Position numbers and translations under genes: made by a program. Positions 13,158-26,156 of a stretch of DNA of 64,000 bases are shown piece after piece (positions within the stretch are counted from its first letter, which is position 1; the number at the start of each line of letters is the position of its first letter). This DNA is from Lytechinus pictus (taxonomy: Eukaryota): NCBI RefSeq assembly GCF_037042905.1, contig NC_087251.1, forward strand, positions 32,366,001 through 32,430,000, given 5' to 3'. A model generated the notes under the pieces. It was given only the letters and a program-made list of their open reading frames with translations, did not search any database and was not told where the DNA came from.

Positions 13158-13636
13158 TGTTCCATCAACCGTATATTTTTGTAGGTGTGCATTAACTTCC
13201 TAAGTGAAAGAGAACTAAAAAACGAAAACGAGTAAAAGGTATAGGCGTATATAGTGAACATGTTATGAATTCTACTCGGAGTTTTAATTAATGCAAACCT
13301 ACAAAAATGTACGGTTGATCCCATCTAGAGTATTTTAACGGAGTTACCCTTTCCTGATTTGAGTGAGGTGAATTATGCGTAAATCATTACCATTGTTCCA
13401 TCAACCGTATATTTTATGTAGGTGTGCATTAACTTCCTAAATGAAAGAGAACTAATAAACGAAAACGAGTAAAAGGTATAGGTGTATATAGTGAACATGT
13501 TATGAATTGTTCTACTCGGAGTTTTAATTAATGCAAACCTACAAAAATGTACGGTTGATCCCATCTAAAGTATTTTAACGGAGTTACACTTTCCTGATTT
13601 GAGTGAGGTGAATTATGCGTAAATCATTACCATTGT
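13158..13636 (+). repeat. Tandem duplication of a ~236-bp unit containing a fold-back
   Basis: Units start at 13158 and 13394 and are highly similar. Each has 32-bp inverted repeats (13164-13195 vs 13288-13319, 30/32 matching). Confidence 0.95.
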
Positions 13637-16600
13637 ATCTGATGAAATGGATGGAAGCAATATTATTGTGCCTTATATCAACAGAAGTAATGCCAAAATT
13701 GCAAATACTTTAACCAACAAACAGTTTGGTTGAAATGTATATTGTTTGACAAATACATATTTATATAATAATGAGGGAATAAATGAAAACAAATATGAAA
13801 AGGAGAGGGAGGGAGTGGGCGTGTGGAAGGAAGGGATGGTGAGAGAGCAAAGACAGAGGGAGATGAAAGGATAAGCATTAGCTGCAGTCAACATGGTCAA
13901 TCTGCATGAAGTTCCTAACAACAGTAAACCTACTGATACGATCTGTGGCCTCATACAGCTTCTAAATCACTACGTTGCTATAGTGATAATAAGATATGAT
14001 GTATATGAATTATTCAAATATTGATATGCTTGGTCGTTATCGAAAAATCGCAATAAAAATCTACCATAGCAAAACAATGACCATGCAACCATTAAAGCCT
14101 CGAAATGCTAACAACTTTGCTGTTAACTCAATGATATGGCGACTAACTTTATTTAACCATTTTTCCAAAGCCAATATATTTGTTCATTCTACTTTGAATA
14201 ATAATGATAACAAGTGAATAAGATTCCTACGTAGCGAAAATTTTATAGTGAATATTATGAGACACAGAGTTGAAGACCTGAGGCAGCATTGTGAAAAAAT
14301 ATAGTTATGGTTGGTAGAAGCTTAAACATGATTTTATTCGAATATTTTCTCGGGAGGGGGGTAGGAGGTAAACCTCATCGACTCTGAAGAGTACAAAAGA
14401 GTAGAATACACATATATAAGGCATGATACAACATAATGGTAGTCACGTTCATGTTAAAATCGTAACCATTTTTCATATTCTGGAGAACTGCTATAAGCCG
14501 TTGGCCTTATGCATGTAAATACATGTTCGTAAAAGACGTCATATTAATCAAACTGCATAATGATTTATTCATAACTACAGCACGGGATAAATTGCCATGT
14601 AAACTCTCACGAACAGCAAGGGTTAAGTCATAATCACACGCATAATAACATGCTCAAGTTTCTTTATTATATGCCAACACTAATGCGTTATAAACCATGA
14701 ATACACTTTACTCTGACTTTCATTGGATAATATAGCTTTATTATACCCACTTAACGCCATATGTTTAACAGGCCAATAAATTGTCGTTTAGGTGACATTA
14801 GTATCACCATTTGTTGTTCGCCAAAACATCACTGAATTTAGTTTGAATAGAGACATTTCCCAGGCCTTCAGTAAAATAGACAAAGTAATATATGTTCCAT
14901 GAGACAGAAATGATATTTTACAGGAGAAAGAAGTATTTCTTAGATTTAGTGAGTTCGAAAATTTATGAATTATTGTTGTGCGTTATACAATATTCTGCTT
15001 CAATGTTTTATACAACAGCATTGGCCTTTTTATTGAGGTGTTATGATAAAGCAAATTAGATGTTAATCGCTGCATTGCTCATTGAATTTGAGAAAATTCA
15101 GACACAGACAATAATGTAAAAATAACATGTATAGTTTCATTTTATTTTGTACCTTTCAAGAACTTTCTTGCACTCTTAAAAATTTTCTATTTGCTCTTAC
15201 CAAATCATTATTTATATAATTGATCGATGATTGATGACTTCTAAAGAAATAGTCGCTTTTATCGAAATTACTGAAAGCCTATCCTCTGCACTTGTCGGGG
15301 CAAAACATACGGTGAGAGAATACCTTAATAAGGTTTATAATTTGACCTCTAATCGACCATACACTACGTCAGGAATCATAAAAAACTGACCACCTTTTCT
15401 TGCTAGAAACAGCTTGTATGGGTTTGATATAGAGATATAAAGATGAAATTTGATTGATGTTCGATGAATAATTGACAAGCCACCTACTGAATCTTTCAAG
15501 ATGAAACGATGAATATTCTTCTTCAGGTATGCTGAGCATAAGATCAGTTGAAATGCCACTGGGAGGGATATAGATAGACAGGGGTAAGAAGGAGAGAGGG
15601 GAGCATAGAGATATAGAGTGAGACCAGGGACAGAGAGACGGAGAAAGAGGTGGTGGGAAAGGAGCAGGATGTGAACGAAGAGAAAACGAGGAGAGATGGT
15701 GTAAAACGAAGAGTGGAAAAGAATAAGAATTAAGACAAATTTACGCTTACGAGGAGAGAGGTAGATAAAGGGAGAGAAAATAAAAGAGAAGAGTTGAAAG
15801 AAAGGAAGGAGAAAAAAGACCCCCCCCCAAAAAAAAAACAAAAAAAAGTAGAATTATACAATGCTAGAAATGAGTAAGATGAAATATAGACAATTCGTTA
15901 TGACGTATATGAACGTTCCATTAATTCATTTTCTCATGAACTTATGTAATCAGTAGTCAGTAGAAATTCCTGTTTTTCTGATATCGAGTTAGCACTTATC
16001 AATGTCAACGATAAAAAATAATTGAAACCAATTCTCTTCCATACATGTTGTATAAATTGAATAAATTTGGGTACCCACCTTGGATATTTTTGGATCTTTT
16101 TTTGTGGTTAACAAAAATAAGATAAATGGGTAACACGAGTGTGAATTGTTGTAGTAATTCAACTTGGCACGTGTCTAGAAGAAATATTATGATGGATATT
16201 TCTCGGGATAATATTGGACAGGTTGAGAGTGTGATGTATTGGATTATGGTAGGGACTTCTACTTTCGAACACTGATCATGAATAATACATGGCTACTGAC
16301 TCTTGACATGTGTTTACAAATAAACTGATGTCTTTCGTTGTAATGTGATTTGGTTGGGCGTTCCGCGAGTTGACTGGAAATAATCAAAATGAAATAATTG
16401 CGTTATCCCAATGGCATGCAAGAAAATGCATCTTTCAGGATTTGCTTGGAAATTGATGATGTGACTTTTTTCATCATTTTTCCCTTAATTGATCAGTTCT
16501 TCTTTCGAAATTAACTTTACGACCCAAGAAAAAAATATACCATGATTTCATTGGATTTGTGATATTCCCGGAACTTTTAGTTCAGCCGAAATAAAATATT

Positions 16601-16949
16601 TTTCAAAAGACATATAGAAAAACAATTGTAGCCATGCAATGGTTCAAACGGTGAAATATTCGACAAGATGTGACTCTAAAAAGATTTTCTTTATTTCAGG
16701 CAGTATCGTCTGATGTGCCTATCCCGAGGAATATACACCATTCATAACACTGAAACCGATATGACTGCAATATGAAAAAAAATATATATATATTATTTAA
16801 TTATTTGTACGGACTTTACTATAATAATGATTATTCGTTAGCTACAAAATTCTACAATTTTTTTTGCTAATGTTGGTTCTGAACTGGCTTCTGCCATTCC
16901 AACTGCAACTAATATCGTGCAGATAATGACTATGTTAACAATAGCCCTC

Positions 16950-17392
16950 TGCAATCGTGTTTGAATCTTATCCAGTTACTGAGGAAGATGTTCAGAAGAT
17001 AATTTTGGGGTTGAATAATAAAAAATTCTACTGGTGTTGATGATATCTCTTTGATGATGTTAAAGATGGCAACAACTACTATTATACCATCTCTTACACT
17101 AATTTTTAATAGATCATTATCTGAACACGTGTTTCCTACAAGATGGAAGTAATCCAAAATAGTACCAATTCATAAATCGGGTGACAAAAAGTCACCTAAC
17201 AACTACAGGCCGATATCCATATTACCTTCTGTTTCCAAAATCCTCGAGAAACTCGTATTGTGTATTGTCTAAAGCTCAGTCAGGCTCTAGAAAAAAATCA
17301 CTCGACTGTTACAACACTTGTCAAAATTACCGATGATTGGTTAAATGCACTGGACCACGGTCTGTACACTGGTGCGGTCTTTATAGACTTAC
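16950..17392 (+). pseudogene. Degenerate CR1/L2-group LINE reverse transcriptase fragment
   Basis: Manual translation across frames gives STGVDDISLMMLK...FPTRWK*SKIVPIHKSGDKKSPNNYRPISILPSVSKILEKLV...HSTVTTLVKITDDWLNALDHGLYTGAVFIDL. It contains a stop, frameshifts and an internal deletion. Confidence 0.9.
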
Positions 17393-20175
17393 GTTGCGTT
17401 TGCTCTCATAAGAAAAAAGATAAACACAAGTTAGTAACAATGCGAATAATTTAGGAGAACTCATTAAACGATTGCTTCAGCATTTGATGTCGCTCTTTAT
17501 GCTAATAGTTTGCGTATCCAGTCAAGCATGGCTTTTTCCTAATGAGCATTTAGTTATAGACAGTTCAAAAAGTGACGTCAATCGGGTAATTAGACCAATG
17601 CCCTGAACATCGATATTCCAGAAATCCCAATTTAGCAAGGTGTGAAGTGGGTTCCGTCTGCACAGAGTGTGAGCCATGAATGAGTTTTGGTATAAAAATA
17701 GTCGCTGATATAGGTTCGTTAACCTTGTCCTGATACCATTTCCATTTCTTAATATCTACATAAAGCAGACGAAGAATTATTTCAACAGAAAACCAAAACC
17801 AGTTTATTTTATCATGCTCTGTTTGTTGGTATTTGATGTTGTTCATTGTGAAAACGCGAATAATTTTCTTATTAATTTTGATAAATCACTCGTCTTAATT
17901 TTGATAGTAAGTTGAATTGACAACTTTAAGTCAATGGAAGAGAATAATGAAAAGCAAAGGGTTTCTAACTTAATTATATACTGTATCAATCAGGGATTAC
18001 TGACTCAAGTTGCTGCTTGGAATATTACTAATTAAACCTTTCCAATAAGTACTTTACAATAAAAAAACACAATCATGAAAAAAATCATTTAAAAATATAA
18101 GAACAAAATTATCGTTGCTAAGTGCAAAATATGCTCGAGCGAATGACCAGAGAGAATGAATATTAATACGCGCTACATTCTTGTGTTGTTTTTAGTTAAA
18201 TCAGACAAATATACATGTTATTATGAAACAAAATCAATTTATATAATTTATCACCTATACCATAAAAATGATAACAATAGTTACTTCGTCACATCCAATA
18301 GGAAAGCCTCATCAATGCCATCAAAAACCTGAATTTGGATTGTCTTTCTAGCTGAAGAATAAAAGATATTCACAATTATTTAGACATGACATATTCCTCA
18401 TACATTAAGCATGATCATCTAAATACAGAATTGACCTGATTCAGATAATAGATATAGTTAATGAGTAACCCTGACTTTCATCGTCTCACCCATCCAACAC
18501 TAACGTTTATGGATGAATAAACCGTTTCTAAAATAATGTGGTGAGACCTGTTACAGTCACGATACTTATTGGCATTTTAGGAAGCACGGCCTTGTATGTA
18601 AATTTTCTTCCACGGATGGATTTTGAGATAATTACCCCTCGCCACTTTTTTTACGGAATTGAATTATTCATGGGCGGTCAGGGCCTTAATTGCTTATTTT
18701 TGTTTCGAGTACAGTACAAATGACTTTCATGTATTTCAATTTTTTTACATTTTCAAGTCTTGGCAAACATGACAAGATATCCATGATGAAAAATTTAGAA
18801 CTAAAAATGAAACGAAGTATTACAGATATGCACTGATAATGTCATGTTTCCCCGTTGAATCATTATCACACGGTTAATTTCTTTATACCTCCTCCTAGTT
18901 ATATTGTATAATAATTGTTTTTCTCCTCATCTCTCTACACTTTCTCTGGAATGTGACTTCTTCCTTCAATTTCTAGCGCGTATAAATTACTATTAACATT
19001 TACCTATACACATGCAGTATAAATCTCATTCAGTTTATTTCCCCCTACCCTATCTCCCGTTCTCTTCCTCTCCTCCTGCCCCCTCACTCTCTTCCTCTTT
19101 CCGACACCCTCTCTTTCATTTGTCTTCCAAATTCCCTCCTTCCTTTCCATGATGTACGTCTTCTTTCTTTCCATGATCAGTAAGCTGGAGAAATGAGACT
19201 TTTGTTGAGTTCCTTCTCCTCGATGTCTTTCCCTGTCTAGGGGGCCCCATCTTTGGACCTCTGATGGTTATAAGTGTAGATGTTTTTCGCCTGTCTTAAC
19301 AACATGACTGCTATCATTGTCCCTCATCCAATCTGACTGTTCTTAGAGATTGAATCAAGCAAACCAGTCGAGGAGATAAAAAGTACACAGAGTCATGCTC
19401 ATAACACTGATAAATAATTCCACACTCGGCGCTGCGAAAATGTTCTGGGAGATGACCCGGTATGTGCCTCGCCATTTCCATCACCATCATCGCTTTTATT
19501 TGGTACGAAATTGTCAAATAGGGAGCCTCTTCTCGTTTTGCTCAGCTCGTTATCGTTTAGAATGGGATACATTTGAACTCAGTACGTAGACAAAGAGCTT
19601 AATAATACATTCTAGACAAATTATTAACATTTTGATATTTTTACAATTATTCTCACCAACAACAACAACCAAGAGGTAAGAATCCAGTTTCAGATTTATA
19701 AACCTTGAAAAAACTCTGCTTTACATGATAAGAAGGTTAGGAAGACAAGAAATTGTGAAGGATATAAACTCGGTGAAACACAAGACCAATGTGAATTTTA
19801 ATAAGATGATTCAGATTTAAAAAAATCACTGAAATTGAGCGGGCAAAATTCGTTTTTAAGTTTTAAGTACAAATCTAAAAAGATTGGGTTTCTTTGAAAG
19901 AAAAGAGAAATGTCTTGGTTTTGACACCACAAGCATAATTATGTACTCTATATTCTCTGATAAGGTCAGGTTATGTTGAATGGGAAGTGAGATTCGCTAG
20001 CTTTACTTGCTATAGGTAATCAAGAAAACACCGATTAATTATTAAGGGGCGACATATATAGTGTGTCGATTGGCGCCTTTATCCAAGTTCTGCGTAATAT
20101 TGTCCTATATAAAGTTCATTCATTTCACTTTTACCAATAAAAAGACCAGTGATCTCATGGAGCAGACTTTTATAG

Positions 20176-23100
20176 TTTGATTGATTTTATTTTATTTTAT
20201 TTTATTCGTCAAGAATATCACAGGAGATTACAATGAAATTGGAGAATACCTTGACAGGATAGCCCCTGAAAGCCGAAAGGCTTATTTCCAATGGGGTCCT
20301 ATAGTTAGTATAAAACATTAACATATTGTAACAAAAAGTATAAACTATGACAAGTACTGGAATATGGTAAAAAATAAAATAAAATACATACATACATATC
20401 CATCAGTCAAATGATATGCAAACATCTGAAGCAAACAACAATCCTCCTAATATATGAAACAAGATTATATTTTAACATACCCTACATTATCTACAATACT
20501 AGAGACCAACTGTACAAAATGTGTGATTTTTACTGGTAATACTGCTCTTGGGTAGCTTCCAGTTTTAGGTGCTTCTTTAATGCACTCTTAAATTGAGAAA
20601 ATATTTTAACTGCTTTTACTTGATTAGGAAGAGCATTCCAAGATAGGATGCCATTAAAATAAAAAGTGTTCCCTATATGTCTTTCACGTTTTGGTAATAC
20701 AAAATTAAAATTACTATTTCGAGTACCGTACCTATGGATATTTGATACACGGGTGAAATTATTTGCTATATAATGATCTAAATGTATCCGAATAGAATAT
20801 TTTATGCACGTGGTGTAATACTAATTGTTGTGATCTGTGATCTACATGAAGTAATCCTGCCTTTCCAAGTTCATTACATCCGACATGTGCTCTTGGTCCT
20901 AAAACATTTACGTATCTCACAATTTTATTTTGAATTATTCTTAGCTTTTTCTTATCCGTAACACCCAGACTACCGTACCAAGCCGCATTAGCATAGTCGA
21001 ATAGACATTGTATTAAAGCAAAGCATGAAATACGTCTAGACTTCATATTCAAACAGGTTTGATATCTATACAAAAAATTCAAGCGTGAATTTGCCTTTTT
21101 GACGATTGAGTCTACCAAACCCGTCCATGATAGGTTACTTGTTAAATTAATTCCCAAATATTTCACTGAATGTTTTCTGTCAATTACCTGATTATTATGT
21201 GAAACCTTGAAATCGTGTGTATATCTTAACTTTCGTTTCGAACAAAATAAAATGCTTTCTGTTTTCCCAACATGTAAACTAAGCTTGTTGTCAGACATCC
21301 ATTCAATGCAATTTGCCAAATCTGCACTAAGTTTGTTATCAATTATCTTGGGATTTGTATCTGAATATAGCAAGACACTATCATCAGCATATAAAATTAA
21401 TTTAGATTCGTTAATACAAGTACACATATCATTGATGTAAGACATAAAAAGAATGTGGCCTAAAATGCTTCCTTGAGGGACTCCCCATTTAATAGGCAGT
21501 GAATCAGAAAGAACCGTCTGCATGGTAACTACTTGATGACGGTTAGATAAATATGATCTAAACCATGTCACACAAGCAGAGTCTAAACCCATCACTTCTA
21601 ATTTCTTTAAAAGTATGTTATGACTTACAGTATCAAAGGCTTTTTGTAAGTCTAGGAGAACCATTCCAACCATGCGCCCATGTGAAATTTCGTTCCTGAT
21701 AAAATCTGTTAAATGTATTAAACAAGTTTCAGTGGAATTTCCGTTACGAAAGTCGGACTGAAATTTATATATTAGCTTGGTTTCTTGAAAGTATTTCTCC
21801 ACTTGAGCATGAACGGATTTTTCCAAGATTTTCGACACTACACTTAATACACTTATATGCCTACAATTACTTACGTCAGTTTTATCTTTCTTTTTATGTA
21901 GCGGGGTAATTTTTGCAAATTTCATATCATCAGGAAAGGTAGAAGACATAAGAGATGAATTAATAACATAATTCAAAGGTTTGTACAAATTTCTTGCCCC
22001 ATCTTTTAAAAATCTTGCAGGTATCATATCTAGATACTTTTTGATATTTTCAACTTATTTAGTTCACCTAAAACAAATTTTTCTGTAACAGGGGAAAAAT
22101 GAAAACTACCTTTTGAAATACCCTTTTCTTCATAAAACTTTTGAAATTGGTCACTTTCTGCATGAAATTTGTTTGTATTTACTGGTAATTTACAAACTAG
22201 CTTGACGGCCACAGTCGTAAAGTAACGATTAAGCTCATTTGCAATTTTAGCCTTATCATGAGTTAATTCACCTTGCACATTAATAACCGTTTTTTTATCA
22301 CATTTCCCTTTACTTTTTAGACCTAAACTTTTCAAATTCTTCCACAATTTTCTAGAGTCATGTTTGTTTTCTTCGATTTGTTCTTGAAAGTATTCGTTTT
22401 TGGCACTTCTTACCTTCCTTTGAACTAAATTCCTTAAAACTTTATATTTTCTTTCAAGGTCTATATTGCCAATATTCCTTTTCATACTTTTATAAGCTAC
22501 ATTTCTCTCTTTAATTAAAACAATAATTTCATGGTTCATCCATTTTTCAGTTGATTGCTTAATCCTTACCTCTTTCAGAGGTGCGCTCATATCTATAATT
22601 GATAAGAATGTAGATTTAAAATTTGCCCAAGCCATATTTACATCGTTACATTCAGTTACCTTGGACCAGTCTGATCGGGATAACTGTAAGTTGAAATCAT
22701 CTACATTATAACCTTTTAATCTCCTGATGGATACAGTTCTGTGGTGCCCAAATACGGGCCTGACAATCTTTCTTGAATAATAAATTAATAAATGATCACT
22801 TATACCTAGATCAATAACACCACTTTGACCAATATGCTCTACTTTACTACATTATATGTGATCTATCAGGGAGGAAGATGTCTGAGTTGTACGTGTGGGC
22901 AGCGTTACAAGTTGGCTTAAACCACTTAGATTAAGTATATTATCATATTTCTGGGATAAAGGAGACTTTTTCGAAAGGCAAATATTCATGTCCCCTAAGA
23001 CTATAATCTCATCATCTTTTTTAAATTTTTCTAAAGTGTCAGAGAGTGATTCAATGAATTTATTATCTTTAGGAGGTCTGTAAAGAGCACCCAGTGTAAT

Positions 23101-23590
23101 GGGCTTTGTCCGAGGCAATATAATATTGATCCACAATGATTCAATATTTCTTGAAGTCAAGTCTTCTCTTATATTAAATGCAATGTCGTTTCTTATGTAG
23201 AGACAAACACCACCACCTAGCCCACATTCACGATCTTTACGTAATATACAGTATCCATCTATACATACTTCTTCATCATTTACAGATGAGTTTAACCATG
23301 TTTCAGTGATGGCAATAATAGCTATTTTACGTTTAGAAAAAAGAAGCCGAAGTTCGGATATTTTATTCAATATTGATCTCACGTTTAAATGAATGAAATG
23401 CAACTCTTTTGTCTCAAACTTTTCTTCAAAGGACTTATACACTGTTGTTTTATCAGACGGTGGGGTATTATTTACATGTTCAGTGGTAGGCAAAAGTGGT
23501 TCGGTGTGACCAACATTTGTTTGAATGGGGTGCAAGAATAAGGAATCACAAAAAGGCGGTAAAGAGCATAGTTTGAATAACGGCATTAAA
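20176..23590 (-). mobile_element. 5'-truncated CR1/L2-group non-LTR retrotransposon
   Basis: ORF2 remnants (EN + RT), a 3' UTR with a stem-loop at 20255-20300, and an (AATAA)n/(AATC) tail at ~20176-20206. No ORF1 is visible. Confidence 0.95.
20530..23586 (-). pseudogene. Disrupted LINE ORF2: APE endonuclease + reverse transcriptase
   Basis: EN motifs HLNVRS, ITETWL, YRPP, GDMN, IDHI and SDH; RT motifs LDLQKAFD, GVPQGSILG, YADD and KYLG; C-terminal WNALP...FKSALKKHL ending in TAA at 20530. Lesions: in-frame TAA at 22852, frameshift at ~22035, frameshift at ~20780-20800. Confidence 0.95.
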
Positions 23591-23784
23591 AATAGGGGTA
23601 TATAACTTCATGTTTATATCCAGTTTCAATAATGTATGTTTTAAAGTACCAGTCTTGATCATTACTCATTTTAGGCCATTGGCTTTCCCACCAGACGTTG
23701 TTTTTTTCTTTCATTTTGTGGCATTTCATTTGTGTGTGGATGGGTGTGTATGTCTGTGTTGTGCTATTTTTTGCTTACCTTAAC

Positions 23785-23810
23785 CATGGAGGTATAAAAA
23801 TAGCTCCATG
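23785..23810. mobile_element. 26-bp TIR remnant with 7-bp TSD (putative P-superfamily footprint)
   Basis: ccttaac|CATGGAGGTATAAAAATAGCTCCATG|ccttaac. Confidence 0.7.
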
Positions 23811-23849
23811 CCTTAACTGACATATCAATAAACTACCTATAAGTTATAC

Positions 23850-23877
23850 CATGGAGCTATAAAACACTAGCTCCATG
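23850..23877. mobile_element. 28-bp TIR remnant with 7-bp TSD (putative P-superfamily footprint)
   Basis: gttatac|CATGGAGCTATAAAACACTAGCTCCATG|gttatac. Confidence 0.75.
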
Positions 23878-25801
23878 GTTATACCAAAACTTCCGTCGAT
23901 TGGGGGAATATAGCCATGCATAGTTATTTAAACATTTTTCCAACCTTTTTGTAACTTTTCAACAACTTTAGTATTAGTCGATCATACACAGTTTGAGAAA
24001 ATAAAACCACACTGAATTTATTCATACAACCTCTACTCTTTGCTTTACATTAAAATGTCTGCATGCTGTGTTAATTGTTCTACATCGCAATTCACTGAAT
24101 GTATCCTTGTGTCAGGAAAAAAACAGGCCCCCTGTGATTTTTCAAGTAGTGAAAAAAAAGAGGGAGAAAAAGAGAGAAAATGGGGGAGAGAGAAGAAAAA
24201 AGGAGTATGATATCAGAGGTCCAAGTCGTGTTCAGCTATATATTGCCACTATTATTCAACTGAGAAAAACATTTCTTCTTATTATTAAGGTGTACTTGCC
24301 TCCCCTCTACCCATCTTATAAAAACATCCTGTCGCCGCCCCTGCTGTAAATATTACACCCCCGCCCCATTTCAGCTGCGAGGATTTCTTCATAGTGATTT
24401 GAAATATAGACATTATCATAAGGAACTGTTATCATGTTCTACCTGTGTATGCGTCTGATGTCTCGATGGGTAAAGATTATTGCGCCTGACTTACCGCGTG
24501 CTGACTCAATGTTACGCTCTCTGACGTCACCTTATTTTAACCCCGAATGTCTCCTCTCGATCTTATTTAAAGGTACCTCATGCCTCCATCGTATCCACGC
24601 AGCCCCTAACCCCATCCCGCTCCCCCCCCCCCCCCCTCTCGCTCCCCCTCTCTCTCTCTCTCTCTCCATCTGTCTCATTCTCTTTCTCAGTCATCTTCGT
24701 GCGATCCATCTTTAAGGTCATACACATATTATATAGACATAAGGAAATCATAAATATTTTAATGAAATGGAAGCATTTACTGAGGATCATCTTAGCTATC
24801 ACCATCTTCATGATCTTCCTGTTTAATAACCGAATTTGTCTATTCTCAAGACATATGCCATGCTATACAAATTATAATTTATCCATCAGTGATTGAGATT
24901 TTATCGTAGTTTGATAAAACAAATCAACTACACACAGAACTATATTCGTATTCATTTAGAACAAATGCATTCTGAAATTTCCTGAAAGTGATGTCAAAAG
25001 CCAGAGAATGGGAATTTTCCCATGGAAAAAAAAATCAGAAATAAGGGCAATAGACAAGTAAAGCGTGTCAAAATAATGGAAACTTTTTCAATAATTTTTA
25101 TCTTTGGATCCGATTGGATGTGTCGAAAAGTCAAAATGCATCCTAAACAATATTTTTGGTATGCAAAAAGAAAACATATTACCCTGGCATCAGTGAATGT
25201 CACGGAAAATTATTTCCAGTTCAGACTAACAATAATCCACCCCATTACATCAGAATATGAAATTAGATTTTGAACCTTCCAAATGTGGATTTTCAAATGT
25301 CTTTTGCTTTTTCTACCAAATTGTGAATATTAGATGCTAATAAACAAAGAAAAAAAAACCGATGTCGCAACTACATCGATTGGACTTGCCTCCGATAATA
25401 CGCGACGTAGATATTAAAACTGCACGGTTGGAAGCCTGCATTAGAAGGATCTGTAATCAATCGATTGCCTAAGCTCCTCCGCTACCGACTGGAATAAATT
25501 AAATCTAATGGCTTGCACCCTGTTCGATTTGTATTTGCATGTCAATTAACACGTATTACGTCATAGATTCTATCTATCACGAGCAAAGCATTGTGACGAA
25601 GGCAGTATGAAATGACAACGACAGCAAAAGACGACAAATTATTGTTACGAGTTTCTTCCGAGAATCTAATAGATCTATTGTGATACACGTAATGTTTTTG
25701 TTGATATTTACTTGAATACGGAGAATCGGAGATCGTTATAGGAAAAATTAAAATGATAAATTGAAATTGAATCTTTCTTACAACGGACCCCAGAACTCGG
25801 A

Positions 25802-26156
25802 GATTTATTTCCAATTCGTCTAATGCCAATTCTTCCAATTGCCAACGCGTCTACTGTCATTTGGTCTACCATCAGTTCGTCCACTATCCTCATGGTCTAA
25901 TTACAATTTCGTCTAATTTAGTCCATATACATTTGGTCTAAGTGTTGATTATGCAAAATGAATGAAAATGAAATGGAAATTACACCAACCGGTTATGAGA
26001 CGAAATTGACATAGACGTAATGGTGATTAGACGAAGTGATGATTGGACCAAATGGTTGTTAGACGAAATGTTGATGGACGGAATGTCATTAGACTAAATG
26101 AAATTAGACCATTTGGTGAGTGGACGAGTTGGCACTAGACGAATTGGCAATTTACC
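25802..26156. mobile_element. MITE with inverted arrays of 15-16 bp subrepeats (Merlin/MULE-like)
   Basis: The left array of ccaattcgtcta-like units is mirrored by tagacgaa.tgg units on the right, ending ...TAGACGAATTGGCAATTTACC. Flanks are aactcgga and aacttaga. Confidence 0.85.

Noticed and set aside
14384..14410. Hammerhead-like ctgaaga-gtac...gtag-aata (also 55365-55390 on the minus strand)
   Set aside because: Stem II or the GAAA core is imperfect, and I could not find stems I and III.
24110..24347. MITE-like remnant ending tcctgtcgccgcccctg (similar at ~57940-58157)
   Set aside because: Only one terminus is recognisable, so boundaries and TSD cannot be supported.
25802..26156. Regular short repeats resembling a CRISPR array
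   Set aside because: The units are contiguous 15-16 bp degenerate repeats in inverted arrangement with no unique spacers and no cas genes, in a eukaryotic context.
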